NCBI GenBank assembly: GCA_050084515.1
Contig: CM114271.1
Location: 32,364,001 to 32,428,000, forward strand
Length of the DNA stretch: 64,000 nt
Reading direction: 5' to 3'
From: Blasia pusilla
Taxonomy: Eukaryota
Below, piece after piece: positions 24,905-37,906 of the stretch. How positions within the stretch are numbered: the first letter of the stretch is position 1; the number at the start of each line of letters is the position of its first letter. The translations under genes and the position numbers were made by a program. The notes beneath the pieces are model-generated. The model was not told the DNA's origin. It saw only the letters and a program-made list of their open reading frames with translations, and made no database searches.

Positions 24905-25840
24905 CCAGCCAACCCGACGGTCTCCGACTGGTTGCACGCTTCTCGCGTCTTTGGGATGCAGGGCGAGTTGCCCAGGAAACTTGTCCGAGACCCATGGGTT
25001 GCACGCATCCGTCCTCCTCGGGTAACAAGCCGAGCTACCCTGGCAACCCGTCGGAGACCGACAGGTTGTACGCCTCCCCCGTCTTGGGGTAACAACGCGA
25101 GATACCCGCGCAACCGATTGGAGACAGGGGGATTGCATGCCTCCCTCGTCTTGGGGTAACAACGCGAGGTGCCTGCACAACCCGTCGGAGACCGGGAGTT
25201 TGCACGCTTCCCTCGTCTTGGGATAACAAGGCAAGGTACCCGCGCAACCTGTCGGAGGCCGACGGGTTGCACGCTTCCTTCATGTTGGCGTTACAAGGCG
25301 AGGTACCCGTGCAACCAGTCGGAGGTCGACGGGTTGCACGCTTCCCTCATCTTGGGGTTACAAGGAGAGGTACCTGGGCAACCCGTCGGATACCGATAAG
25401 TTGCACTCTTTTCTCTCCCTCGGGTAACAATGTGACAAAGCAGAGTTTTGAGGAAACCGGTTGCCCTCCGACGGGTTACAAGGTCTACCCGGAGTTGGAC
25501 ACTTCCCAACATACGGCAAAATTGCACTCATGGTTTGCACGGTTAATTGAATAAGAGAAATCGACCCGAGATGCAAAAGGGAAAGCAAGGTTAGGTACCT
25601 TTGGATCCCATAACAATCACCAACGGATTGCCGTAGCAAATCCATGCGATATCTTGTGTTTGATGCTAGCAATCTCGACTCAAATCACATTGGTCAGACA
25701 AGAAGGGGATACCAACCCAACGGACTCCGATAGGTTGCAACTCGCATTGGGGCACTAACAGAAAATGGAACTCCGAGCTTCGCAACCCACGTGTCCGAGT
25801 CCCAAATTCTGCAACCCATTGGACTCCAACAAGTTCCAAC
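24905..25840. repeat. Tandem palindrome array in the divergent promoter region
   Basis: ~67-bp spaced copies at about 25043, 25109, 25177, 25243, 25311 and 25378, plus 25712 and 25810. Confidence 0.88.
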
Positions 25841-26019
25841 AGGATTGAATCCATTCCGTCAGATAATCTCACCTACCGAATAGCATATTGTCAGTCAAAT
25901 TCTGTCAGAAGAAGCTGAGTCACTATTCACTATAAATTAAACATTCTCATTCACATTCTCATTCCCATTCTCATTCTTATTCTTAATCTCAGTCTCCTCC
26001 CAGTGGAATCTTCTAGGAA

Positions 26020-27700
26020 TGGATAATTATGTGAAGCTCACTTGTGGCAGTCATCTGGCGGCCCTTCCTCAATCAGAAATAGTTCGACCGCAAGCTCGTG
26101 AGTCTTTCATACCAGTGGATTGAATTTTTCTCTCTGTTCGATTTCTTCTCCAAATTAGAACCATCTTTGTGTCCAAGGATGTTAGGGTGGACGGTACGGA
26201 GGACATAATAGGTGAGACAGTCCAGCCAGTGATTGTAGACCATAAAGTATGGAATCTCCTACCTCTAGCAAATGGTCAATACGGAGTTTACGGCTTGCCT
26301 CTGAATTCCTGTGTTTCCCAAGTAGACGGTCAAGAATTTCCTAGTGCACCGAGCTCTACGTTTGCAACTCCGAGCTCAATAGATCCGGCATTGGCTCCAA
26401 CTTCACACGTTCGTAATAATGTTGTACTTCTTGAAGACATTCCTGATGTCATCAACCTCAGTGGATCTGTCAAACACCAACCGGGCCCTCTGTCCGCCTA
26501 CTCGTTCCTCTTGCGAGTATCAGGCAATAGTTTGCTGTCGTCTCTGCCCTTGAAAATATTCAAGCATATTCTTGTCGACGAGCTGCCGCCCACGTACGAT
26601 GGTAATTGCATTTTTGAGTTGTCTCCACTTGCTGCTCCTGCTCAAAAGAAAGATGGAGGACGCTTGAAGGGTATGGACAGAAAGTTTGATTGTCATCAAT
26701 GGTGCAGGCTTCAGTGGACTAGTGCTTCAATTCCATATGGTCCTTGGATTGTCTCTGGCCGTCAATACGTTGGAGCCTTGGAGTGTAGAAGTCCTGCATG
26801 CCCGTATCTAGAGCACAACAGGCGAGTCAATACGTCGTAATTTCCCCCCAAGAATGCAGAAACTCCATATGAAGTCGGCGCGACCATACCGCCGGGGAGC
26901 CATCGATATCCTCATTGTCACGCATCCCCTTTCTGCATGCCGCACTTTCCTAAATAAGAACTGTACAAGGACTGGACGACCACTGCCTTGATTTTGGGGA
27001 CTCAAAACCTTTGATCGTTTCACGAGGACCGGGGATCAATTGAAATACTTCTTCTGCCCAAATGAATCTTGCACTTTTCGGAAGTCTTATCCGGCTGCCA
27101 TTGGAGCTCTAGGGAATATCCCCACGATTTGGCTCATTTCCGCAGGTACGAATTGCACTCAAGACGAAGTGGACAATCTTACAAGTGTCAATTTCAGACT
27201 CGTAGACGGAGGAAGTTTGGAGCATGTTCGCATTATAGAGACCTTCGTATTTTGTATTCAACCCAAGATTGATGTGAACATGTACCCGGAGAAGGGGGAT
27301 GATCTCAATCCACTAATTTTGTTTGAGTCTAGAAATGGGGTGAAGAGAAACAGAATGTGTAGGCCAACGATGGAGAGAGCAAAGTGAATTGCATCAGCTG
27401 GGGAGGCAAAAATGGAGATCATTGCCACAAAAGATGTCCAGAGTGGCAATGGAATAGGAAGGATGTATTGGGTCAGGAACAACACTGTAAATTCAAGGTG
27501 TATGTGGTGCACATCTCTTGCTTTCCCACATGTTCATGTGATGACTTTGTCCAAAGAGAGACAAGTGGGAAAAGGTATTTCCCTTGTAAGCACATGTACT
27601 ATGTGTTGCTTGTAGTTTTAAGAGAGTCCAAGGTAGGAGTAGGAATCCACCAACCATTCTGTCCCTCAAAGAAGTGCAAAGTATTTTAAACAAACCGCTT
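26020..27700 (+). pseudogene. Internally deleted transposase-like gene: GCM/WRKY-like Zn domain joined to SWIM C-terminus
   Basis: GMDRKFDCHQW...GALECRSPACPY; abrupt switch near 26935 into the arm sequence; PTCSCDDF...PCKHMYYV. Confidence 0.55.
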
Positions 27701-28114
27701 TGAGGATGCAAAATGAGGTTTTAGATTGTACTTTCATTTTTCGAGAACCTTCACTTTGAGCTTGAACTCTATTCAGCCCAGGGCAAATGATAGATTTTTT
27801 CCAGATCTTGGATGGAAAAAGTGATTGGTTCCACACTTATGATTCCACTGATTTTTCAATTTTCTAAATTTTGTGCAATTTGCAACTCGTCGGACTCAGA
27901 TGGGTTGCCAAAATGTGGAAGAGGAAAAAGAAAACTGTGGGAATGCTAAAGAACTGAGCAGAAAAGTGCAAAAAAATTCACACAAAAAGTTTCCTCTCTT
28001 CAACCCAACGGAAAAATTCTTCAAATCACAGGAAACTCTCTTCAAATAAAAGTATCTCTTTTGGTTGAAGGTAGTTTCCTCTCTCCTCTCTCCTCTCTCC
28101 TCTCTTCCTCTCCT
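26935..28114 (+). repeat. Right inverted arm
   Basis: Reverse complement of 7349-8534. Confidence 0.9.
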
Positions 28115-29870
28115 GTGACTGCACCTCATTGATGGGGTCCTCATTGCCTCAGACAACGTGAAAGACTGAGGAAGCCTAGTCTATTTCCAGGCTTCCCCTC
28201 GTTGTGGATCCAACTCTACGGCTGCTCCACGCGTGACAACTGCGGCGGCCTCCATCTGGGCAACCTAGCACATCCAACCAGGATCCTCCATATCTCTGGC
28301 TGCTCCAATATGATGTCAATGCCACGGATCGGGCATTGGGTAACCTCAATGCCATAGCGGCAATCTGCTCCTGTAGATGTTGTATCTGAGTAGCCATCCT
28401 AGTCTCACGTCTGGCGTCTCCCTTGACACGGCTAGGTGGTGGGACTCTACCTCCTCCACGGGCAGCTCCACCACCATGTCGGGAAACTCCAGCTTCTCGT
28501 CCCCCAACGGAACCACTTGGTGCATGATCTCTAGGCCCACCCGGACCGGCTACTTGCTCTGGTGCCCTCTTTGGCCCTCGGTCCATACGTAACTCAAGAT
28601 ATAAATTGAAACACTTGGCGTATGTATGACCATACCTCTGACAATAGTCACAATGATAACCTCCTGGTGCAGCACCATCTCCTCCTCCATGTTGAGGCAC
28701 ACGTCCATAACCTTGACGAGTGCAATCATGCTGATGATGGGCTCCACCACATGACCAACAAGTAATAGTAGGCGGCTGCTACTGAGCCGCATATGAAGGC
28801 GCAGGTCTCTATGGCATGACCTCTCGATATCCTCCCTGAGCTCATGGTGCCACAGTCGACCTATCTCAGAGTCTTTGTTGTTGCACAGGTGGTGTAGACA
28901 ATCGTGACTGCTCTCGCCTAGAACCCATGGTGGCTATGCTCTCCTCCGCCATGTTGCTCTTAATGTTCTCGGCCGTCCTAAAAATATCTCTCAATGTAGG
29001 GGAGGTGTTCATAAGAAGCACCCCCTCCCGCACCCGTGTCCGTAGGGTCCGGTCTAGCATTGCATATCATGATTGGATAGCCTGAGCCTCTGTCACCCCC
29101 TGAGTGACGTTGATCAATCGGCGCAAGCAAGTATAAGCCTCACGCAAACTCTCACACGGGCGCCTCTAGAAGGCGTGGATGCTCCGCAACTTCTCTGTCT
29201 GTATCCCCTGGTAGCTCGCCCTCAACTCAGCAAAGAACTCAACCACGGGGTTGAACCTGGGACAAACCCGACTAGACGATGCAACTGCTCCAATGTGAGT
29301 GACCCCTCTTAAAAGACCACTAGTGAAGAGGAAGTAGCCTCTCTTGACTCCTTCTCCTCATCTGGGAACGTCTCCGTCCATGACACATAGTGTGGGTCAT
29401 AGTAGAGTCGCCATGCCTCAATCTCTGGGCATATCTGTGAGAGAACTCATGGTAATCATCCATGGGCACCCCCTCCAAATGCTGGAATATACCATTCCAT
29501 GTTGTAAACGGGTTAAACTCTCTAGAATTCCTAGCCTGCTGTGAGTCACACCAACTCCTAAACTCCGTAATGAACTCGTGTAGCTCTATAGTGCCTACAA
29601 CACTTGAAAACCTACGCGGTCCTCTACCCTGGTCCTCCATCTCGTACGCCCAACTGGTAGGACCACTCAATGTGTACGGTGGATCACTAACACACTCCTC
29701 TATACGCTCCCCCTCATCTGAAGATGACACAGAAGGAGATCGAGGTGGTCTCTCACGTGGAGACCCTCGAAACCTCGCACCACTCCGGGTAAACCCTCCA
29801 GAGCTACTCTCAAGTCCACTACCTCGCCTATCAAAATCCCAAAAGGACGCCGTGATGGCCCTCCTGGATG
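28115..29870 (-). mobile_element. gag remnant of a second-subfamily retroelement
   Basis: GTIELHEF..FRSWCD, FQHLEGVPMDDY, CDYCQRYGHTYAKC; homologous to 44900-46410. Confidence 0.85.
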
Positions 29871-31149
29871 TGCGATCCTATTTTCCTATAAACTAATTTA
29901 TATTTGTGCACAAAAAAATGGCACAACTAGTGTTAAACCCTACTCAAGCAGGCCTATTAACATCCATGAATCGCTATATAAGGCCATACAAAGTACAATC
30001 CCATGTCCTTCCGTACGTGACAATAGGCAGTATCATCAGAGTTGGAGATTGCATGACCTGGTTCGTGAATGCCTCCCCAAAGTGGTGGACTAAATAGCGA
30101 GTAAACTAGTGCCTATCAATAAAGAGAACCTGCACGTGGTATGGATTAAGAAAAGGAAAATCGGATGCGACTGGTGCTCCATCTCTATCCATAATTGATG
30201 GAGATCCTCTATTCTCTTCAAGAATGGGTTTTGGCATAGAGAAACTCTACCAAAACTCTGTAATCCACTCTCATTGGTAAAATAACAAGCCAAAACCATT
30301 CACTATCCCTAGTATAACAAAACTCTCCTAAGATGACAAGTCTCTTCAAATAACCATATCCACACATATTAGACTATAGAAAATTCTAGAAGAATAGACC
30401 ATAGTCAAGCTACTCTCTCAAGACGGGTAATCCATTCTCATTGGAAGAGCAAGCAAGCCTAATGCCATCCACTCAAGAGCGACACGAGAAACTTAAGAAA
30501 TGAAGTAGAAGGTGATGAACCCTTGAAGGTCTCTCCTCTTTATATACTCACAAAGAATCCATAAGAATAAAAAATAAGACCAATCTTATCTTGTGCCACA
30601 TGGCTTCCTTTCAAGGTTGAGCCAATCCCATTTTGACAAAAGTAAATTACATGTTATCTCCTCCAAAATATTCTCATCAACTCACTTCATATCTTTCAAG
30701 CTACCCAACTATCCTAGCCACCAACCAATACTACTTTTGTTTTACTTTCATGAATACATCAACCCCACTACTTTACTTCTATACTCCCATGTCTCATGTA
30801 TACCTCTTTTCCTAAAGTTGGGCCTGTACAAATGAGACATCATAAAAGTTTTAAACATAAAAAAGTTATTTTCCTAAGCTAATTTACGTAATACTTATAA
30901 AACTCTTATACTTAATGAAAGAGGAGTTTACGTAGTGGATGATTTTACTATACGATACCGACGGTGCCGTCATCATCATCATCCGTTGTCCGCCATCTTC
31001 GTCCGCTGTCCACCGTCATCGTTGTCGTTACCGTTGCTGCTGCACTGCTGCCATTTAGGACCACATCCGATGGCTGTTGCCGTTCAGGATCATGTCCAGC
31101 CGCCGTTACCCGACTTTGTTGAGTCCGTACGCGTCATCTCTACTTGTAC

Positions 31150-34100
31150 ACTCTGACAAGGTGACCTTTTGATTCATGGGCTCAACGTTTTCGTCTTGCT
31201 TTGTGATGCTTTGAGAGTTTTAGCCGCTCGACGATGATCAAGTGTCGTACGGTGTGCCCATAATCGTATCACACCGCTAATTGCCGTGCCGTGCGGCTTG
31301 TGGCTACAACGCACCGTATTGATGGCGGAGCCGCACCATCATTGGAAGCAGAGGGTGTATTGCTATTGAGGAGGATATGCCGGTGAGTGTTGCATTCCAT
31401 TACCAAGTATCATTCTGTTTGTAGCCGTTCCATGCCGCTAATGCCGCACCGTATCGCTCGATCCACACCGCACATTGAGGAGATTTTAGTATCGTCTGTA
31501 TCAAAAGAGTACGACTTATTTCCTTGAGGAATTATCTTCACGACCAAGTTAGGGTCGAGATGCAGTTGTTGAAGAGCAACACAGACATTGTTCATGTTAC
31601 CAATTCTGGTCTTTTCCCCTATACGTGTGAAGGGAATTCCGAGTATTGGGGGATAGTGGGTTTCATCATTGATGTATGTGGTTCAAGGGACATAGATCGT
31701 GTAGGATATTCAAAGTTTAGGGTATATTCTATCGATGAGATAATAGAACAATAGTCAATTTGTCGCACCACGTGGCTTGTTGTCGTACAATACACGTCTT
31801 AGTGAAGTGAGAGGAGTGTAGATTGAGTGCCACATATATTTAGCTTGAGTGATTGAGGGATTACTCATGAGATTGAGAGTGATTGTATGAGAGGGGCAAA
31901 AGGGCCATCACGGCGTCTTTTTTGGGACTTTGAGAGGCAAGGTGGTGGACCAGAGAGTAGCTCTAGAGGTTTTACGCAGAATGGCGCGAGGTCTCGAGGG
32001 TCTCTATGTGAGGGAATACCTTGACCTTCTTCTGTGTCATCTCGATCCTTACTAGGCGCGAGAAACCAAAACTATCAACTAATAGATTAGAAGGGGAAAG
32101 AACTAGTGTGGGCATAGACAAGTTTATCAATGCAGCACCGCACATAGTGAGTGGTCATGCCGCCTAGGAGTACCGGGGTAGAGGACTGCGTAGGTTTTCG
32201 GGTGTTGTAGGTACGATAGAATTGCACTACTTCATTGTGGAAATTAGGAGTTGGTACGACTCGGAACAGGTTAGGAATTCTAGAGAGTTTAACTTGTTTA
32301 GAACATGGAATGGAATGTTCCAACACTTAGAAGGAGCATCCATGGACAATTAGTATGAGTTCTCCCAAAGGTATGCCCTTGAGATTGAGGCATGGAGACT
32401 CTACTATGACCCACACTATATGTCATGGACTGAGCCATGTCTAGACAAGGAAGAGGAACTAGGAGAGGCTACATCCTCTTCCACCAGTGATATGTTAGGA
32501 GGGATAACTCAAACTGGAGCAATTGCAACGTCGAGTAGGATTTATCCTAGGTTCAACCCCGTGGTTGAGTTCTTTGTGGAATTATGGACGAACTACCAAG
32601 GGAAAAGGACTGAGAAGTTACGAAGCATCCATGACTTCCATAGGAGCATGGGTGAGAGTTTATTTGAGGCCTTCACTCGCTTGCGTCGGTTGATTAGCAT
32701 TACTCAAGGGATGACACAATCCTAGGCTTTCGAAGCATGGTACGCGATGCTGGACCAAGACCTGCGGAAATAGGTGAGGGATGCGATCTTGCTTATACGC
32801 ACCTCACCTACATTTAGAGATGTTTTTGAGATCAGACGCTGATTGACCACTGCACCACTTTGCGAGATAATGTTGAGGCGGATGGACTAGCGAAGAGGGT
32901 TGTGCAGATGGTGAAGAGAGGTTTATGCAAGTATGGCTTGTAGGGAGGTCACTTGGGAGATTGGGACCTCTAATTGCTATGGTTGGCGATGGAATACAGA
33001 TTCAGCAAGTAAGCCTCTTAGCATCTTTCTCACCATATTTGTTGCTTTATGGTCGAGAGCCAGATTTAACTATGGCCATTCATTGAGATGTTGATGTGTG
33101 GATGTGAGCATGTTCTAAGAGGATTGAGTTGTTTCGGAGAGTGATGCCCATGGAGTTTGAGAACTTGGCGATTGCGCAACATCGAGATACGTTCAGGTAT
33201 GCGACTATTCAGGGAGGTGATTATCGACCTACTATCCGGAGGTTTCATCAGGAAGACTATGCCTACTTGTAGCAGACGATATCCACGATGTTGGATGTGA
33301 CTTTAGGGCGCACCATCTTGAAAGTGCATGAGGTTTTGCCATTTGGTGTCCTCTTATTGGAGGGGCATGATGGTATGGTTTGGAAGGATCATGTGCGTAA
33401 TTGTGCGTCATGTAACCTTCCTAACATTGACGGTACAGTTGATTTGAGCTTAGCAGTAGTTCAAGTAGGCTTGCGAAGTATGTTGTGTGGTTTCCCTCGT
33501 GGTGCAGCAACTATGCTAGACTGTGATGGATGTTTGAGAGATTGACATATGGCATGTTTGACGCCACCTCTTACTAGGGTTCCTCGGGGACGATGGGTGT
33601 GCCCAAGATATATATAGAGTAGGTAGTTATAGATTTTGACTTGTGTCTGTGATATGGATGACAATTAAGAAGACAACTAACGATAGGGCCACATGAGCAC
33701 CCGACCTTTTTGCTCTTAGCGTCCTAGAGATGTATGTCATGGTAGGTAGGGACAGATGGATATCTGGAGTTAGAGTGACCTAACCACCTATTAGGAGGAA
33801 GATTGGAGATATTTTGGTGCTTCTCGTCTCATTGTGTGGATTCCATAAGTTAGCATGGGATCGTGTGTGATTGTACATAGGTTCAGTGACAACAATATAT
33901 GTTATGTAGCTATGAGTATGCGCAAGACAACTATCACGTATTTTAGGATATATCAAGGAGATCTAGTAGGAAGCCTTTGCAAGTAGTGGAGGACAACCTC
34001 ATAAGGTCGAGGATGACTTGTTGAGGCCATGGGTAACCTAAGAGAGCAGGTTTTCTCTTCGTTTCGGCTCATTTGGAGCCATATAAAGAAACTTACTATT

Positions 34101-34463
34101 TTGGGCAAGTTTCCATATAGAGTATAGTTGACTTTCACTTTGGGAAATGGTCCTTGACCTGCTATTGCAGGTCAAGAGCTAAGGAGGTGACATATGACCA
34201 TAGTTTACCGTGGAGAGAGCTTGGAAGAGGGAAGGGGGTATGTATACCTGCAAAGAGAGAGCTTGAGAGATCATTGTCTCGTTGTTGAACCTCTTGGCAT
34301 GAGGCGGCGGAGCTATGGTCCTCCTTGGCTTGTACCCCAAGCCTCTCATTAGGAGAGTGAGTTTGGTTTGAGAGAGAGAGAGAGAGAGCACAAATCATGT
34401 GTGATTGTATATGCATTCGGTGATAACAATGTATGTTGTGTAGCAATATGTATGCACATGATA
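31150..34463 (+). mobile_element. Internally deleted retroelement: 5' leader, gag part, integrase end + PHD, PPT, then A-xx-B-A 3' block
   Basis: Homology to 44190-45800 and 11220-12150; VWKDHVRNC and PHD remnants; A unit ~33801-33929 partly repeated at 34394-34463. Confidence 0.85.
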
Positions 34464-36194
34464 TTGATGCTATAGTCCCTCTTTCAATAATGCTCAATTT
34501 TTTTCCACACTAAAAAATCACACATATACTTACCATAGTAAGCCCGTGCGATGCACAATTTTAAATTACCTCACATAATTAATTTTGAAGTGCCATTTTA
34601 AATTAGTTTCAAGTGATCTTTTTGCCTCCTAAAGCCAGCGATCCTATTTGCTGAAAGTTCCAAGTGTCAAGAACTTCAAGAGGGGAGTTTGCAAAATGAA
34701 AGGGCACTCCCTAATAATAATATAGATATAGATGGAGAGACACGTATCATGAAAGGAGGTAATTGCTGGAAAGCATCGAGATAATCCTCCCTTAGAGCCT
34801 GATCCCATGGACACGCCCACAGGTCGTAGGGACCTTCATTCCTATGTCCAAACTAGTTTTCTGTTGGATATAGTGATGAAACGCACCCGTCCCTAATAAC
34901 TACATCTGGTTATAGTCGGGTCAAGGTCGCCAGGATGATGGGCCATTTTTACGGCCAAAAGTTCTGGCCGCAAAAAAATCTGGCGATCCTCTATGGTTGC
35001 CGGTTCATGGGGTGCATGGGATCTGGCCTGAGTAGTATAGGTTTAGGGTGTTGAAAATTGAATGCTGAAATCGTTCAAGTATGTGTCCAACTCGGAAAGC
35101 TTTCCACAAAGTCCCCTACTCGACTTCTCCGGCGACAAAGAATAATTCAAATTAGATCTCTAGTTTCCCAAAAATAAACAACCAGGAAAATTGTCGAATT
35201 TGGGTTTATATCCTCGAAAATGCCGTGCCGGAAATGTCTGTCCGAAAATATCCAACCGATAAATTCTCCTGCCGAAATTTTCACAGTAGAAATAAAAGTA
35301 ATAATCAATTGGAATTTATAATAGGAAATATAGGAATGAACGTCTCCGATCATCTGCAAAGATCACAGGAACACATGCCGGCCCGACATTGGCAGCGGGA
35401 ACCGTTGTCGTCACGGCATCCGACGGGAGCCTCACGTCGTGCGTGCCGCCGGGAGCCCGCCCGTAAGGGCTCTGAGTGACATCCCCCTTCGTCCGCCTGG
35501 ACAACAAGTACTACCCGACGACCAACATAAGAAGTTCACGGTACAATAATCTAGCTGTGGAGTTGGTGCGACTACAAGTAAACTAGGTGCCGGGTCCGAA
35601 TCGCATTGACTCCTACGGGACGGTGACACACAGTAACGTCCCCAACAACCACGAGTGCGCGCGTGGTAATCTACTTCAAGAAAATAATACCGTAACCATT
35701 AGTCGAGTGTCCACGACAACCGACTCTTCGCTGCTCTCCACTGGGCCCGCTACCGGCGAGTACGTGGCGACAAGGAACATTGCCTCGGGTCCAACAGATC
35801 CCATCCTTAGGCCCACCAGGTAATGACCGGCCATCCTTCGCTGGGGACGTGTGCCGGCGATTGCCGCGGGTCCACTGGCCCCTGCATATTCTTCCTGAAT
35901 CCTTATGCGCTTTGGATCTACCGGGGAATGACTAGCCGTCGGGAACCCGAGAACCATGCCGGTAATTTCACACCTGGTACATGAGCGAGTCTAGCAATCG
36001 GGGCTGAACGGAGGGTCGACCCTGTAATGCCTGCATGCGTCTTGCTGGCGGGGACGTACGCTGAATCATTCGTTGGGCTGTAAGAGTCGGGACTTGGGCG
36101 TGTAAGCTAGTCCCAGTACTCTATTTATAGCAGGTGGAGTCCGCTAATAACAAGTCTCTCGTGAGGTGGTGTGAGAAGTTGAGTTGTGAATAGA

Positions 36195-36312
36195 CCTCGG
36201 GGCCGGTTCCGGCCTCTTGAGGTCTATTTTTTGGTCTCCATCCCCCCCTCTTTTGTATCGTGAATCGTGATGGGTTTCCCATCCTTTTTCTACATATATA
36301 TTTTATTTCATT
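36195..36312 (+). mobile_element. 3' tail of CRE-like LINE (5'-truncated copy or SINE sharing the tail)
   Basis: Strong match to 55240-55348 (CGGTTCCGGCCTCTTGAGG...GATGGGTTTCCCATCCTTTTTCTACATATATA). Confidence 0.8.
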
Positions 36313-37906
36313 TAAGAAGTTGACAGCATGAGAACTTCCAGAATAGTGGACCAGGGGTGTGAGATAGGTTTCTATTCGAGGGTCCGGGTAGGGTAGGCCG
36401 GAGTAGCCTAGTGTCGTTCGACTCTCCGACCTTGCCGTCCATATTACCGAGTCGACGACTGTATAACTAGGGGTACGACTGTCGGTCGACGCGGCAGTCG
36501 GCGGGACGGACCAAATGTAGAGCTTCCTCTCTAAAGTAAGACCCGGTGCATGCAGGTGGTCCTCTTGTTTCAGCCGCCGATCTTGAGATGTGTGAAAGAT
36601 CATGGCAGGAGTCGGGCGAGGTTTTCGATGGTATTTTATCGATCGCAGGAAGAACATAAAATTGGTCGGTTTCATTTTGTGCCGATCGATTTCCAAGAGA
36701 TTCATTGTTTCCGATCACCTTACAAAAATTTATAAAAGAAATCCATCTTATAAGTATTCCAGGCATCCATCCGCCGTCAGATGACATTCCCCGATGAACT
36801 TTGGTGTGGAAGTTTTCGAACTTTCGGTCTACATTTGGCTTCGACGGCATCGGGCTATGGATATTCAGACAACTAACGTCAAGCTTTACCCGATCCGTCG
36901 GATGGTGGGATCAAGGCAGGAGAAGACCCTAAAGCGATCCAAACCCCCGTTTTGATGGAACTCCAAATTTAGCTCCCTCACGTCATCTGTGAGTATTCCC
37001 CGTCGGATCTGGACTTACATATCAACGCGAGGTTTGCGTCGAGTTGAGTTCCGTGACCGACTTCCGTAACCTAGAAACTCGGGTGGATCCAGGGCCCGAA
37101 TTCCTATCGATTAAGGGATGATTATTATTACCCTCTAATATTGGCATAAAACAAACAAATATAGTTCACTTGATGCAACTTAATTTTCTGGTTTGTAGTA
37201 TAGTTAATGTAACTTGATTTATTTATTTGTTCCTTAGTTCCAGTCTTTCCTGTCTATAGTTCCTTCCTGTCTAAAGGTAGAGGATGTTAAGACGTGGCTG
37301 TCGAACCGGCCACGGTAGTGATTCGCTAAGGGTCGGGGAATAGGTTGTCAGACTGAAGTTGACAGAGTCCACGAGTGCATTTGGCGCTGCGCTACCGTTC
37401 ACAGGGCGTTTATAGAGTCTTCGAGTGAGTCACACAAATGCTATGCCACTCCATTTGAGTCGAGGTGCCTCACAGCAGCGGCACTGGAGTGGACACATAA
37501 GTACAGTATCGCGTCGAGTATCGGGGGCAGGGAATTGTGCAGCGAGTACATCGCGTCACAGTCGTCGTGTCGTCAGCTCCAACAGTAGGTTTCTTCCCTC
37601 CTTTCTGGGTATAATTGCCCGGGCCAACTGCCTGTGGTAGCGGCACTCGATAGGGCCACGGGACTGCTGCAGAAAAGAGTCTCATCCCGATACGAGAGTT
37701 CTTCCCCTGCACTTTTGTGGATTCAATTATTTCTCACTCTTCATCTCAACGCTCTGTGAAGTCTTCTCGAGACCAGCTCGTATTATTTCATTGGCTGTCA
37801 TCCGCGCTCTCGAGGTTGTTTCGCTGGGTGTGGTAAGAGCGGAGAACCGCCACTGCTTCGAATTCGTGACTCGTGTGGCAGTTTTAGTGGCAATCTGACT
37901 CGAGAA

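Larger units (their letters stand above)
7349..28114. mobile_element. Large DNA-transposon-like (Mutator-like?) element with long inverted arms, ~11.5 kb excluding the nested retroelement
   Basis: 7349-8534 is the reverse complement of ~26935-28114; both ends finish at AGGAGAGGAAGAGAGG next to unrelated retro sequence; SWIM and GCM-like ORF remnants; palindromes throughout. No TSD and no DDE core seen. Confidence 0.6.

Noticed and set aside
30250-30831. Possible LTR remnant ending GGGCCTGTACA
   Set aside because: Only weak terminal resemblance; no partner or TSD.
34530-34560. Helitron-like 3' hairpin (GTGCATCGCAC, minus strand)
   Set aside because: No clean CTRR terminus and the stem is too short.
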